DNA of 64,000 nucleotides from Candidatus Bathyarchaeota archaeon (GTDB taxonomy: Archaea > Thermoproteota > Bathyarchaeia > Bathyarchaeales > Bathycorpusculaceae): contig CAWDYC010000005.1 in NCBI GenBank assembly GCA_963806535.1, positions 64,001-128,000 of the forward strand, given 5' to 3'. Position numbers and translations under genes: made by a program. Shown here piece after piece: positions 19,306 through 29,234 of this stretch. Every line of letters begins with the position of its first letter. The stretch's first letter is position 1. The notes below the pieces were generated by a model. It was given only the letters and a program-made list of their open reading frames with translations, was not told the origin of the DNA and did not search any database.

Positions 19306-20204
19306 CTATCTTCTTAATCTGCCAATCAAAACAATAGCAATCACAAAAATGATAAGTGCCAAGATTGGCACAAGTATGATAGGATGAAGGAACAATTCAA
19401 AATCTAAAATCAAGTTTTGGAGAATTGTGTTATTCTGAAGCGTGTTTGGTCGAGCGTTTTGAGCAGATACAGGTAAATAGCTATATTGAATGTTTGATGG
19501 TAAAACTACCGGGACTGGCTCTAACCAATCGCTAACAGGGTAGAAGTTGAATTGGTTTGTCATCCATGCAAATGTGGTTGCTACGCCATACACGTCAAGG
19601 GTGGAGATTGATTTAGCAGGCACCTAATAAGGCAATATCTGGAAACATGACGTCGCCAGTGTCATTGCTATGCCCTAAACCTAAAGCATGTCCTAACTCA
19701 TGAAGAGCAATATTTTGCATATCTCCATCAATTAAAGGCTCGCCGTGATGTGTATGTGTAGCAAGATTAATGGTGCACCCGATTATTTGCGTTACTCTCA
19801 CTGGTTAATGTTGCTAGTCCAATTTCATCCACTGAACCTGCTAAGTTGCTTTGCGTCCAATTTATGATAAATGTCAAAGCCAGATTTTGTATAATTCAAA
19901 ACAGTGGGTTCCAAGTTTGAGATTAGAAAGATAAACATAGTCTGCATTGTGGAGCTGCAAAGTAGCTGATGGCGTCATTCCATTGACCTATAGCGCGAAG
20001 CGTAGAATTAACGTAGATTGGGTTCCACCATGATTCGTTATTTGGAGTGGTTAAAAGAATTTTTAATGTTGACTTATTCCAGGCTAAACCCTGAATCTCC
20101 AAAGCGTAAACGTTTTGGTTTGGGCTTTGAGCTTGGCTAATAGCAAAGCTTCCAGCCGTTAAAAACAAAGTTGAGAATAACAAAAATACCAAAAAAAATC
20201 TCAT
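19306..20204 (-). CDS. Matrixin-like (M10) zinc metalloprotease with signal peptide and C-terminal TM, split by frameshifts
   Basis: HELGHALGLGH...DVM Met-turn in 19613-19801; signal peptide in 19923-20204; 'STLDVYGV' and TM in 19306-19623. Confidence 0.8.
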
Positions 20205-20542
20205 ATTAATCTAGTAAATTATTCTTGTTGTCTCCTTTAAGTTTTATTGAGCTAACAATCCCAGATTGAATCCAGCTTTAAAGTAGCTATCTTGTAACAT
20301 TGGAAACTGTTTGGCCCAAATCTCTCAAAAGAATGATTAATTAAAACACCGATTTTTAGAACTTGTGACTTAATAGATTAGTTAAAGTCTCAATTTAGAA
20401 TGTGAAAATAAATCGGGTTTATTCAGATACTTTTTTATTGCTTCTACTCTAATTATGAGTCAATAACTCAAAAGTTTGCTATGGGTGAACAAGACTTAAA
20501 AGGGTTAAAAGGGCATTAGTGAGCTGTAATAAAAATGCTTTC

Positions 20543-20617
20543 ATCTCCGATGGCGAATCCTGGAATAATAAATTTAGAATCGACTCTCTGCTTCAAGTCT
20601 AACGTCTTATCGGAGAT
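20543..20617 (+). promoter_or_regulatory. Candidate structured 5' leader upstream of the GT2 gene
   Basis: atctccgat (20543-51) pairs with atcggagat (20609-17), extended by ggcg/cgtc, with inner ttaga/tctaa. Confidence 0.35.
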
Positions 20618-20681
20618 TAAATATTTAGTTAAATCGGTTAATCCCACTCTTTTCTTTCGAGAGAATATTGGGGTAGATTAG

Positions 20682-21929
20682 ATGTTAATTTTTGATTTAT
20701 TTTCAGTTATTTTGCTTTCGATTTTGCTTTTTTGGACCGTGTATAATGGTTCAATTATTTACGTCGGTGTAAGAAGTAGACGAAAGAATGCTGGAGTTGT
20801 TAAGGTTGAAAATAAGGAGTTTCCAAAGTTTTCAATAATAGTGCCAACTAAAGATGAAGAATTAGTTATTAGCCGCTGCTTAAACGGAATTCAAGAGTTA
20901 GATTATCCAAAGGATAAAATGGAGATAATAGTTGTCGATGGAAATTCATCTGACTCTACCCGCAAGATATGCCAAGAATTCGCGGAGAACTATTCAGGTA
21001 ATATCAAAATAATTAATGAGAAACAGTCAAGGGGAAAACCTGCGGCTCTTAACCTTGCCTTGTCCTACGTAACAGGAGAGATCGTTGGAGTTTTTGACGC
21101 TGACAGTCTTCCAGAAAAAGATGTTTTGAGCAAAGTTGCATCTTACTTTAACGATAAACTAGTGACGGCTGTACAAGGGAGAACTACTTCACTTAACGAG
21201 AAAAAGAACATATTAACCCGTGTTATCTCTTCAGAAGAGAAAGCTTGGTTCCAAGCTTTGCTAAGTGGACGAGAACACATGCAACTGTTTGTTCCACTAA
21301 ATGGTAGCTGCCAATTCATCAGACTTGGCGTACTGAAAGAATTAGGTGGCTGGGATGAAAACTCTTTGACTGAAGATGTAGAGTTGGCGCTTAGACTTGT
21401 TGAGAAAAAACATATTATAAAATATGCACATGATGTTGTTTCGGGACAAGAAACGCCGAATGGCTTAAGGGAATTAGTAAAGCAGAGGACCCGTTGGTAC
21501 AGAGGGTATATGGAAACGGCTCTAAAATATGGGCGCCTTCTAGATAGCCTAAATAGAAGAACGATTGATGCTGAAATTTCCATGGCTGGACCTTTTATGA
21601 TGGTCGTATCGTTGCTTAGTTACATCAACTGGTTTTGTATCATGTTATTCTTTTCATCAAGCAATCCGATAGTTGGTTTTACTGGAATAGTGATAGCTTT
21701 AACGGCTGTTTCATTGGTTTCAATTGGCGTTGGGTTAACTGCCTCTGAGAAGCCCATTAAAATTAGAAATCTTGCGTGGATACCGTCAATTTGGGCTTAT
21801 TGGATGCTTCAAATGTGTATTGCCGGATGGGCTTTTCTAAAATTGATATTTAGACGAAAAAGAGTTTGGAGTAAAACACTCAAAAAAGGCTTCATAACAA
21901 CAAATTTAGATGCTAACAAACCTCTTTAG
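20682..21929 (+). CDS. Processive membrane GT2 (cellulose synthase-like)
   Basis: VVDGNSSD, GKPAALN, FDADS, LTED, QRTRW (D,D,D,QxxRW signature); flanking TM helices. Confidence 0.9.
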   Translation: MLIFDLFSVILLSILLFWTVYNGSIIYVGVRSRRKNAGVVKVENKEFPKFSIIVPTKDEELVISRCLNGIQELDYPKDKMEIIVVDGNSSDSTRKICQEFAENYSGNIKIINEKQSRGKPAALNLALSYVTGEIVGVFDADSLPEKDVLSKVASYFNDKLVTAVQGRTTSLNEKKNILTRVISSEEKAWFQALLSGREHMQLFVPLNGSCQFIRLGVLKELGGWDENSLTEDVELALRLVEKKHIIKYAHDVVSGQETPNGLRELVKQRTRWYRGYMETALKYGRLLDSLNRRTIDAEISMAGPFMMVVSLLSYINWFCIMLFFSSSNPIVGFTGIVIALTAVSLVSIGVGLTASEKPIKIRNLAWIPSIWAYWMLQMCIAGWAFLKLIFRRKRVWSKTLKKGFITTNLDANKPL

Positions 21930-22099
21930 ATTCAAAAAAATAGTCCGATGAATTGAAAACAATGGTGTATATTCATTATTTTTCCTAAAATTTTAAATCA
22001 AGCACCAATCTATTCATTCATAATAACTAATGACAGAGTGGTTGGAAAATGGAGAATTACCCCTCACCTGAATAAACATTTCAATACGATGATCTAAAG

Positions 22100-23587
22100 T
22101 TGGTTAAATACAAAAAAATTGGTGATTTAAGAGGGTTAAGGTTTTCTTCTTTACAGGCTTCTCTTGATGTTGAATTTAAGAAAGGTTTTTTCAATGATCG
22201 TTGGCGATTTAGTAAAAAGGCCAAAGGTCTAATTGTTTTCGCGATTATTGCTGTAATGTTGATTTCTGTTTTTGCGTTTTTGCCTAAGCAAGGAAGCTCT
22301 ATAATTCCTCAAAACACAGCCCCCCCAATAAGCCCGTCGCCTTCGCCTTCATCAACTGCCAGCGTTACTCGTACAAATTATTCAATGCCACAAATTGTAC
22401 CATTGTTACCTGCTCTTACGCCTAGTCCTACACCTAAGCCTCCGGGCCTGATAGAATCAGCTCAAACTGTTAATAGTACTGTATGGCGAGGTGTGGCAAA
22501 TTATGCTTGGAACTACTTCCAACCTGATGTTGGGGTTGACCCGGGGACTGGGCTTCCTTATGCTTCAGGTATAGATTTTATGGCGTTTACTGATTGGGAT
22601 CTGGGTGTTTATATTCAAGCGGTTATAGATGCTCAGAAAATTGGTTTAGTCGGTCCTGGTGGTGACTGGGGATCTAATGCACGATTCGATAAGGTTTTAA
22701 CTTTTTTAGAAACTCGGGAGTTAAATAATGCTAGTTATCCATACCAGTTCTACAACTCCACAGACGGAGGAAACTATCACTTATTATCCGATGTATCTAA
22801 TTCTTCATATGATGTTGTGGATACTGGACGATTGTTTGTTGCTCTCAACAATCTTAGAAATTTCAATACTAACTTTACGACCCGTATAAACAACTTTGTT
22901 TACAATACAAATGGGAATAGATCAAACTATGCTGCCTTAGTGCCATCCATTGCTCAAGATGCAAATTCAAACAGCATTTATTCTTACTATTTTGATAGTG
23001 GCTTCGCAAGTTTTTGGCCTAAACAGCTCGGAAATTTACCTGCCACCATAATGAACAACATATCTAAATCTCCTACTGTACTAACTTACGGTAACATTTC
23101 ATTACCTAAAGCTGCGATTAGTTGTGACCCATTGCTCTGCTCTGTATTTGAGCTAAATAATACTAACTCAAAATTGATGGCGTTAGCAAACCAGGTTTAT
23201 TTGGCTCACGAAGCCTATTATAACTCGACAAACAATTATGTGGCTTTCAGTGAAGGTCCGGCAGGCGCTACGGGGTTCATTTGGGAATGGGTGGTTTCGC
23301 CCAACGGCGATGCGTGGAAAATACAGAATCAAGATAATCTTGGAAGCAGCGGTTACCTAAATATAGATCCTGTTTTTTACACTAAAGTCGCGTTTAGTTT
23401 CTTGGCTCTTTACAATACAACGTTTGCGCACAACATGGTGGTTTGTCTTGAGCATTATCTTGAAACTCCTACAAACGGTTATGAGGATGGCATGGATAAC
23501 AAATACAATTTGTTTGAATCTGTTGGCAGCAACACTAATGGATTAATTTTGGATGCAGCCCAATATGCTATACAGAATTATCCATAG
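22100..23587 (+). CDS. Membrane-anchored DUF3131-like (alpha/alpha)6 glycan-active protein
   Basis: AWNYF...VDPGTGLP...TDWDLGVYIQAVIDAQKIGL...RFDKVLTFLET...PYQFYNS...DTGRLFVAL; C-terminal NTNGLILDA. Confidence 0.7.
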   Translation: MVKYKKIGDLRGLRFSSLQASLDVEFKKGFFNDRWRFSKKAKGLIVFAIIAVMLISVFAFLPKQGSSIIPQNTAPPISPSPSPSSTASVTRTNYSMPQIVPLLPALTPSPTPKPPGLIESAQTVNSTVWRGVANYAWNYFQPDVGVDPGTGLPYASGIDFMAFTDWDLGVYIQAVIDAQKIGLVGPGGDWGSNARFDKVLTFLETRELNNASYPYQFYNSTDGGNYHLLSDVSNSSYDVVDTGRLFVALNNLRNFNTNFTTRINNFVYNTNGNRSNYAALVPSIAQDANSNSIYSYYFDSGFASFWPKQLGNLPATIMNNISKSPTVLTYGNISLPKAAISCDPLLCSVFELNNTNSKLMALANQVYLAHEAYYNSTNNYVAFSEGPAGATGFIWEWVVSPNGDAWKIQNQDNLGSSGYLNIDPVFYTKVAFSFLALYNTTFAHNMVVCLEHYLETPTNGYEDGMDNKYNLFESVGSNTNGLILDAAQYAIQNYP

Positions 23588-23718
23588 AAAGTTTTTTTTC
23601 ACAGCTCTTAAGATTGATGCTTGAGGTTAAAATCCCGTAAAAATTAGATTCTTTATTAGCGTAAGGCATTTAGGCTGGCAGTTAAAAGATAATACATTAT
23701 CCTATAAAGAATTCCCGT

Positions 23719-25257
23719 GTGAAGAAAAAAGTGACTATTACTCGTTATCCTACAATTCAACGGATTAAGCATCACCAAAAAAACATTTTTCTTTTTCTTG
23801 CATTTACGATACCTTTTGTTGTAAGAACTATACCCGAGATTTTGATGGGACCGTACATTGTAGGCTTTGATACCTTAGGCTTCTATGTTCCAAATATTTT
23901 TCAATGGCTCCATGGAGGAATAAACTTGTGGAGCTTCCTCGCAACCGCACCTTTATTGTATACAATCTTTATCTCAATAGTTGGTGCAGGCGGGTCTACC
24001 GTTTGGATGTTTAAGATTATTTCACCACTACTACTGGGATTTTTAGGTCTATCAGTTTACGGTTATGCCAAGAGAGGTTTGGGTTGGTCGCCTTCTAAGA
24101 GTTTGTTTGTTGCTTTTTTGGGGACCCTTTATTTTGTCGCCTTAAGAGCTTCTTGGGATCAACTTCGAGAAGAGCTTGGTTTAGTTTTCTTTTTTGTTGT
24201 TCTCATCTTATTGCTTGCAAACAGAAAAGATAGTTCGTGGAAGAATTATGTTGTTCTTTCTTTAGCAATGCTGGCTGTGGTGGCTTCTCATCAACTTGTA
24301 TCGGTGCTCATGTTTGGGGTTATTGTCTTCACTGTTGCCAATAATCTTTTCCGCAAATATTTTTCCCCGTCCATTCGTCTGATTGCCGTTTCTTTGCCTG
24401 CAATTCTTTATTTCGGCCTAATCTATTTAGCTGGAGTTACACAATCTGGCTTTCTTAATTACTCAACTAATACTGGCTCAACATTGCTTAGCTGGACTGG
24501 CTTTACTTCTTATCAATCCATGTTGGTAAGTGTGGGAGGGTTCTTCTTGTATTGTTTCTTACCCTTGTTGCCTTTTATTGTGGTGGGTATTTGGCGATTT
24601 AAGAATCTTCAGCTCAGATCTTGGTTTATGCTGAGTTTAATTCTGATGTTGCTTCCGTTTGCTTCTGTAAGCCCCTTTCGGTGGGTATTACTACTTATTT
24701 ATCCATTTGCGTTTTTTGTCACGGACGCTCTTAGCGGGCTTAAATCCATTAAGCTTAAAATCCGTTTCAATTTTTCTTTACGTAAAATTGCTGTTTTATA
24801 CCTTGTATTGTCAACAGCTATTTTGAGCTTTGGGTTTATTTTTATGACTTCGGAAAATCCTTTCTTTTACTATAATCCAAATTATGTAAACAAATATGCA
24901 TATCAAATTCCAACGTCGATGTTGCAAAACACAGTGTCAGTAATTGACTGTCGTGACACGGTAAACTCTTTACAATGGTTCAAAAATAATGTCAATAGCA
25001 GTGGGTTGCTGCTTTCGCATACAGTGTTTTATGGGTGGGCACTATTAGAACTCAATCAGAGCCAAGTCAAGAACTACCAATTTGATAACCCTGTCAATGC
25101 GACAAAGAGTGTTGCTCAAGAAGGGCATACGCAATTATATCTCATATGGTGGGTAAGTGGCCAAGGATGGTACGCACAACCTACTTTGCCAGCTCCGTTT
25201 CAAGAAGTTTACCACAGCGGGAGAATTGCTATCTATAGCTATAATCCGTCTGCGTAA
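23719..25257 (+). CDS. Polytopic GT-C-like membrane protein
   Basis: 'GFDT..FY' acidic motif in the first loop, SWD, SHQL; about 13 TM helices plus soluble C-terminal domain. Confidence 0.65.
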   Translation: MKKKVTITRYPTIQRIKHHQKNIFLFLAFTIPFVVRTIPEILMGPYIVGFDTLGFYVPNIFQWLHGGINLWSFLATAPLLYTIFISIVGAGGSTVWMFKIISPLLLGFLGLSVYGYAKRGLGWSPSKSLFVAFLGTLYFVALRASWDQLREELGLVFFFVVLILLLANRKDSSWKNYVVLSLAMLAVVASHQLVSVLMFGVIVFTVANNLFRKYFSPSIRLIAVSLPAILYFGLIYLAGVTQSGFLNYSTNTGSTLLSWTGFTSYQSMLVSVGGFFLYCFLPLLPFIVVGIWRFKNLQLRSWFMLSLILMLLPFASVSPFRWVLLLIYPFAFFVTDALSGLKSIKLKIRFNFSLRKIAVLYLVLSTAILSFGFIFMTSENPFFYYNPNYVNKYAYQIPTSMLQNTVSVIDCRDTVNSLQWFKNNVNSSGLLLSHTVFYGWALLELNQSQVKNYQFDNPVNATKSVAQEGHTQLYLIWWVSGQGWYAQPTLPAPFQEVYHSGRIAIYSYNPSA

Positions 25258-25742
25258 ACTTTGTTAATTAAAACTAAGATTATTCTTATTCCCTTTAAAT
25301 TTTTTAGAGGGGCAATCGTTCAAAACATTGTAAAGAACTAAAAACGTACTCTTTAACAATAAGATTTTTTGACGATATTAGAAGTTCAAGTTAACGTAAA
25401 GTGTGATATTGCTCGTAAGGAAGCTGGAACGTTTATGAATACCGGTTTGTCAAATCATTTGAAGGTGAATGGGCTGCGCTTGGCTCAAAATCTGGTTTTT
25501 TCTAAGAAAATCAACTATTTCGGCAACTGACTTGGCGATTGATTGTTCACTCGCAATCTTTCTAGCAATAAAAAGTATTAATGACTTTAGGTGTTCAAGT
25601 GATTATGGGCATTTCATAAATTTCCTGCTATTAAATGTAGAGTATTTTTCGATTAGACGGTTTTTCCATGATAATATTCCGAGTATATGGCAAAATGTTA
25701 AATTCCTACCTCCATTCTTAAACATAGCAGTGCCTCTGGAAC

Positions 25743-25994
25743 ATGACTAAAATTAGCTTCAAAAGGATCGCGGTTAAACTGATAGGTTACGTTAAAGAGA
25801 GTTGGGGGTCTCCATTTATTGTTGGGTTTATGGTGCTTTTGCTAGCCGCTGCTATTTCTCTCTCGTTGGGTACACCTTCTTTACCTTCAAATTTAGCCGA
25901 TTTGTCGTATTATGTCTTGGTCGCTGGAATTTTGCTGGAACTTGCATCCTTTTTAAGATACCGCGGAAAAAGAAATGGTGAGGTGTCTGTGTGA
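25743..25994 (+). CDS. Small two-TM membrane protein
   Basis: 'WGSPFIVGFMVLL...LADLSYYVLVAGILL'; stop overlaps the next start. Confidence 0.6.
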   Translation: MTKISFKRIAVKLIGYVKESWGSPFIVGFMVLLLAAAISLSLGTPSLPSNLADLSYYVLVAGILLELASFLRYRGKRNGEVSV

Positions 25995-26767
25995 TGGAGG
26001 AAGTGGAACTATCCTTTGTTATTCCAGCGTACAATGAGGAAAACTTCATTGAAGACACCCTTGAGACAATCGATGCAATTGTCATGGACAAAAACTTGCC
26101 TTATGAAATAGTGGTAGTTGATGATGGCAGCGGAGACAATACATTGGCAAAAGCAAAGCGATACGCAAGTAAAAATGGTCACGTCAAGGTTGTTAGTTAT
26201 AGCAAGAACGTTGGAAAAGGCTATGCGGTAAAAACCGGCTTTTTGCAATCAACTGGAAACATCGTTATTTTTGCCGATGGCGACATGGAAATTGACCTGA
26301 GAACACTTTCAAAATACCTTGATGCTCTCGAGCATGGTGATATTGTTATCGCTTCTAAGAGACATAGGGATTCACATGTAAAAGTGCCTGTTTCTAGAAG
26401 AATTTTGAGCGAAGTCTTCAATAGCTTAGTTCGCATACTTGCGGGAGTGCCTCTTAAAGATACCCAATCTGGGCTAAAAGCGATGAGAAAAAGCGCATTT
26501 ATCGATATCTTTCCTAGGTTAGCGGTGAAGCGCTATGCTTTTGACGTTGAATTATTGGCTGTAGCAAATCTTTATGGATTAAAAGTTGTGGAGATGCCTG
26601 TAAATATTAAATTAGATGCTAAGTTTAAGCCTATTGAAATGTGGCGCATGTTTCTCGATTTGCTTGGCATAGCTTATAGGCTCCGGGTCGTCCGTTGGTA
26701 TCAGCGTCCTCTTGCCAAGAAAAATAGTTTTCAGAACATGGTTTCATTTGTTCTTCACGAAAATTAA
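25991..26767 (+). CDS. Dolichyl-phosphate glycosyltransferase (GT2, DPG/DPM synthase-like)
   Basis: VIPAYNEE, VVDDGSGD, NVGKGYAVK, FADGD, IASKR, DTQSGLK, FDVELL. Confidence 0.9.
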   Translation: MMEEVELSFVIPAYNEENFIEDTLETIDAIVMDKNLPYEIVVVDDGSGDNTLAKAKRYASKNGHVKVVSYSKNVGKGYAVKTGFLQSTGNIVIFADGDMEIDLRTLSKYLDALEHGDIVIASKRHRDSHVKVPVSRRILSEVFNSLVRILAGVPLKDTQSGLKAMRKSAFIDIFPRLAVKRYAFDVELLAVANLYGLKVVEMPVNIKLDAKFKPIEMWRMFLDLLGIAYRLRVVRWYQRPLAKKNSFQNMVSFVLHEN

Positions 26768-26943
26768 TTGCTCCCATTTGTACCGTAAAGCTTTAAGGCG
26801 ATTTAGTTAACGCGTTTTTGCGTCTCTTTTTTTTAATTAATATCGTATTCTGGTAGAAATATTGCGCATTAATCAATTTGGTGAGAAAGATACATTGTTA
26901 TTAAAATGAAGATTAATTATCAGTTTGGCTCTTTTCGTTCATT

Positions 26944-28254
26944 TTGCTTCCTCCAAAAAGGTTGGCTGAAACACAGAAATACTTAATATTCGAAAGTCTC
27001 AGTTCTTATAAAGAATCAGAGAACAAGGAGGATTATCCGGTAGAGGACGTAAGAATTTGCATGGTTTCTACTCTGCCGCCCGAAGGTGGCGGAGTTTCAA
27101 CTTACACTAAAAGCCTCTTGGAATCTTTCGATTTACCCAACGCGAAAATAACTGTAATTTCTAGAAAAAGCAAATCAGTGTCGGTAATGAAGACCGAAAA
27201 CTTTCCCACTAAAAAGATAACCGTTTTCCCCTGTTGGACCCCAGGTTTTCTTTATCCTTTTAAAATTTTTAAAGCCTTTTGCAGGTACAGACCTAAGCTT
27301 ATCCATATCCAACATGAGTATTTCATTTTTGGAGGCACACTTTCTGCATCTTTGTTTCCTTTTTTATTGTTGTTTACTAGATTGCTGGATTCAAAAATAG
27401 TCGTAACTCTTCACGGTATTGTTAATCCTTCCGAAGTCAAAGACCCAGAATTAGGCGTTAATAGCAATGGAAAGATTGGGGGACTGTTTTCTCATATTGG
27501 TTTATTGTTAGTCACACGTCTAATTACTGATAATTCGGACAAAATAACTGTGATGAATAATGCACACAAGAATGTCCTAATTCAACAATATCGTTGTTCG
27601 TCTAAAAAAATTGTACTGATACCTCATGGTGTTCCGCAAAGTCAACCAATTGATCAAGAACAAGCCAAAAAAATGCTTGGGCTCAACTGCAATAAGGTTG
27701 TTTTATATTTTGGTTATATTACTAAGTATAAAGGAATTGATATTTTAATTAAAGCATTTAAAAAAATAGAAGGTTCGAACGTTGTTCTTTTAATCGGTGG
27801 AGCCCCTCATCCACGGCTAAAGAATGATCCAGAATACTTGAAATTCTGGAATTCAGTAAATAAGGAAATGTCTGAAGATAGAAGAATACGATTTGTTGGT
27901 TTTATTCCGGACAAGATTCTTTCCACTTACATTTCAGCGGCGGATGTGGTTGTTTTTCCCTATATTGCTTCATTTTCGACGGGAGGTCCAATGAATATCA
28001 CTCTTGGCTATCACAGGCCAATAATAGCTTCACGGGTTTCTTCTTTCAGTGATATCCTTCCCGCTGCTGCTGTTTTTAAAACTGGTTCTGTGTTTGATCT
28101 TTATTTTGTTCTTAACAAGGCACTTAATGATGCTGATTTTAACAGGGAACTTTCAGAATGCACAAGAGACATTGCAGAAGATCGTTCTTGGAAAAAAGTT
28201 GCCCAAACTACTGCCGATTTATACTTCAACCTGTTAAAAAAACAAAATTCTTAA
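26944..28254 (+). CDS. GT4 family glycosyltransferase (true start probably downstream)
   Basis: PPEGGGVSTYT, HIQHEY, VTLH, IPHG, FGYITKYKGID, ADVVVFPY. Confidence 0.88.
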   Translation: MLPPKRLAETQKYLIFESLSSYKESENKEDYPVEDVRICMVSTLPPEGGGVSTYTKSLLESFDLPNAKITVISRKSKSVSVMKTENFPTKKITVFPCWTPGFLYPFKIFKAFCRYRPKLIHIQHEYFIFGGTLSASLFPFLLLFTRLLDSKIVVTLHGIVNPSEVKDPELGVNSNGKIGGLFSHIGLLLVTRLITDNSDKITVMNNAHKNVLIQQYRCSSKKIVLIPHGVPQSQPIDQEQAKKMLGLNCNKVVLYFGYITKYKGIDILIKAFKKIEGSNVVLLIGGAPHPRLKNDPEYLKFWNSVNKEMSEDRRIRFVGFIPDKILSTYISAADVVVFPYIASFSTGGPMNITLGYHRPIIASRVSSFSDILPAAAVFKTGSVFDLYFVLNKALNDADFNRELSECTRDIAEDRSWKKVAQTTADLYFNLLKKQNS

Positions 28255-28286
28255 AAACCTCGTCAGTAGTCCATTACTAAGTTTGG

Positions 28287-29228
28287 TTGGCTTTAGATAT
28301 GAAGTGGAATAACAAGCATGTCCTCATTACGGGCGCGGCTGGCTTTATCGGTTTCAATCTCCTTCAAAAATTCATTAATTTGAATGCAGAAATTATCGCG
28401 GTTGATGATTTTTCATCTGGAAAATCAATTGAAACTTTGTCAAAAATGCCTATTGAAATTATTCGCGGAGACGTTAGCGATGGTCGTAGTTTTGAAAAAG
28501 TGCCAAACAGTATAGATTATGTTTTTCATTTTGGGGCTCCTTCTTCAATAATTCTTTTCAATAAAGATCCTGTTCTAGCGCTTAGCAACACAATTTGTGG
28601 TCTGGTTAATGCTTTTGAACTCGCAAAAAGAGTTGGCGCACAGAAGGTAATTTACCCATCAAGCGGCAGTGTATACGGAACAACTCCACCACCTCAGTCA
28701 GAAAAGAGCATACCTAAGCCCAAAAATTTGTACGGAATAACTAAATTAACTTGCGAAAGAATTGCCGCTTCTAATTTCAGTTCAGTGCCAAGCGTTGGGT
28801 TAAGAATTTTTGCAGGTTATGGTCCTGGAGAGGAGCACAAAGGGGAATATGCAAGTGTTATAACCATCTTTCTCAACAGTATGTTGAAAGATGAATCACC
28901 CGTAATTTTTGGTGATGGGACTCAGAATCGAGACTTCGTTTACATTGACGACGTTGTTGACGCTATTGTACAATCTGCCGAGAAACCGGTTTCAAATACT
29001 GTAATTAATGTTGGCACTGGTAAAAACCTGAAATTTAACGATGTTGTTGAAATAATTAATAGGCTTTTAGGAAAGAATATCCGGCCTACCTATGTTTCTA
29101 CACCTGAAAAATATTTAGACTACACTTTAGCTGACACTACAAAAATGGTTGAATTGTTAGGTGTTTCTGCAAGAAGTGCTAAGGAAGGTATTAAAGAATA
29201 TTTATCTCATGTGCGAAGGTTCAAGTGA
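28287..29228 (+). CDS. NAD-dependent nucleotide-sugar epimerase/dehydratase
   Basis: ITGAAGFIG, YGITK (YxxxK), FGDGTQNRDFVYIDDVV. Confidence 0.9.
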   Translation: MALDMKWNNKHVLITGAAGFIGFNLLQKFINLNAEIIAVDDFSSGKSIETLSKMPIEIIRGDVSDGRSFEKVPNSIDYVFHFGAPSSIILFNKDPVLALSNTICGLVNAFELAKRVGAQKVIYPSSGSVYGTTPPPQSEKSIPKPKNLYGITKLTCERIAASNFSSVPSVGLRIFAGYGPGEEHKGEYASVITIFLNSMLKDESPVIFGDGTQNRDFVYIDDVVDAIVQSAEKPVSNTVINVGTGKNLKFNDVVEIINRLLGKNIRPTYVSTPEKYLDYTLADTTKMVELLGVSARSAKEGIKEYLSHVRRFK

Positions 29229-29234
29229 ACATGT

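Noticed and set aside
20543-20617. Fluoride, c-di-AMP or c-di-GMP riboswitch
   Set aside because: Consensus nucleotides not matched; kept only as an unassigned stem-loop
25469-25750. 93-aa ORF in the glycan locus
   Set aside because: No recognisable motifs; likely AT-rich intergenic or promoter DNA
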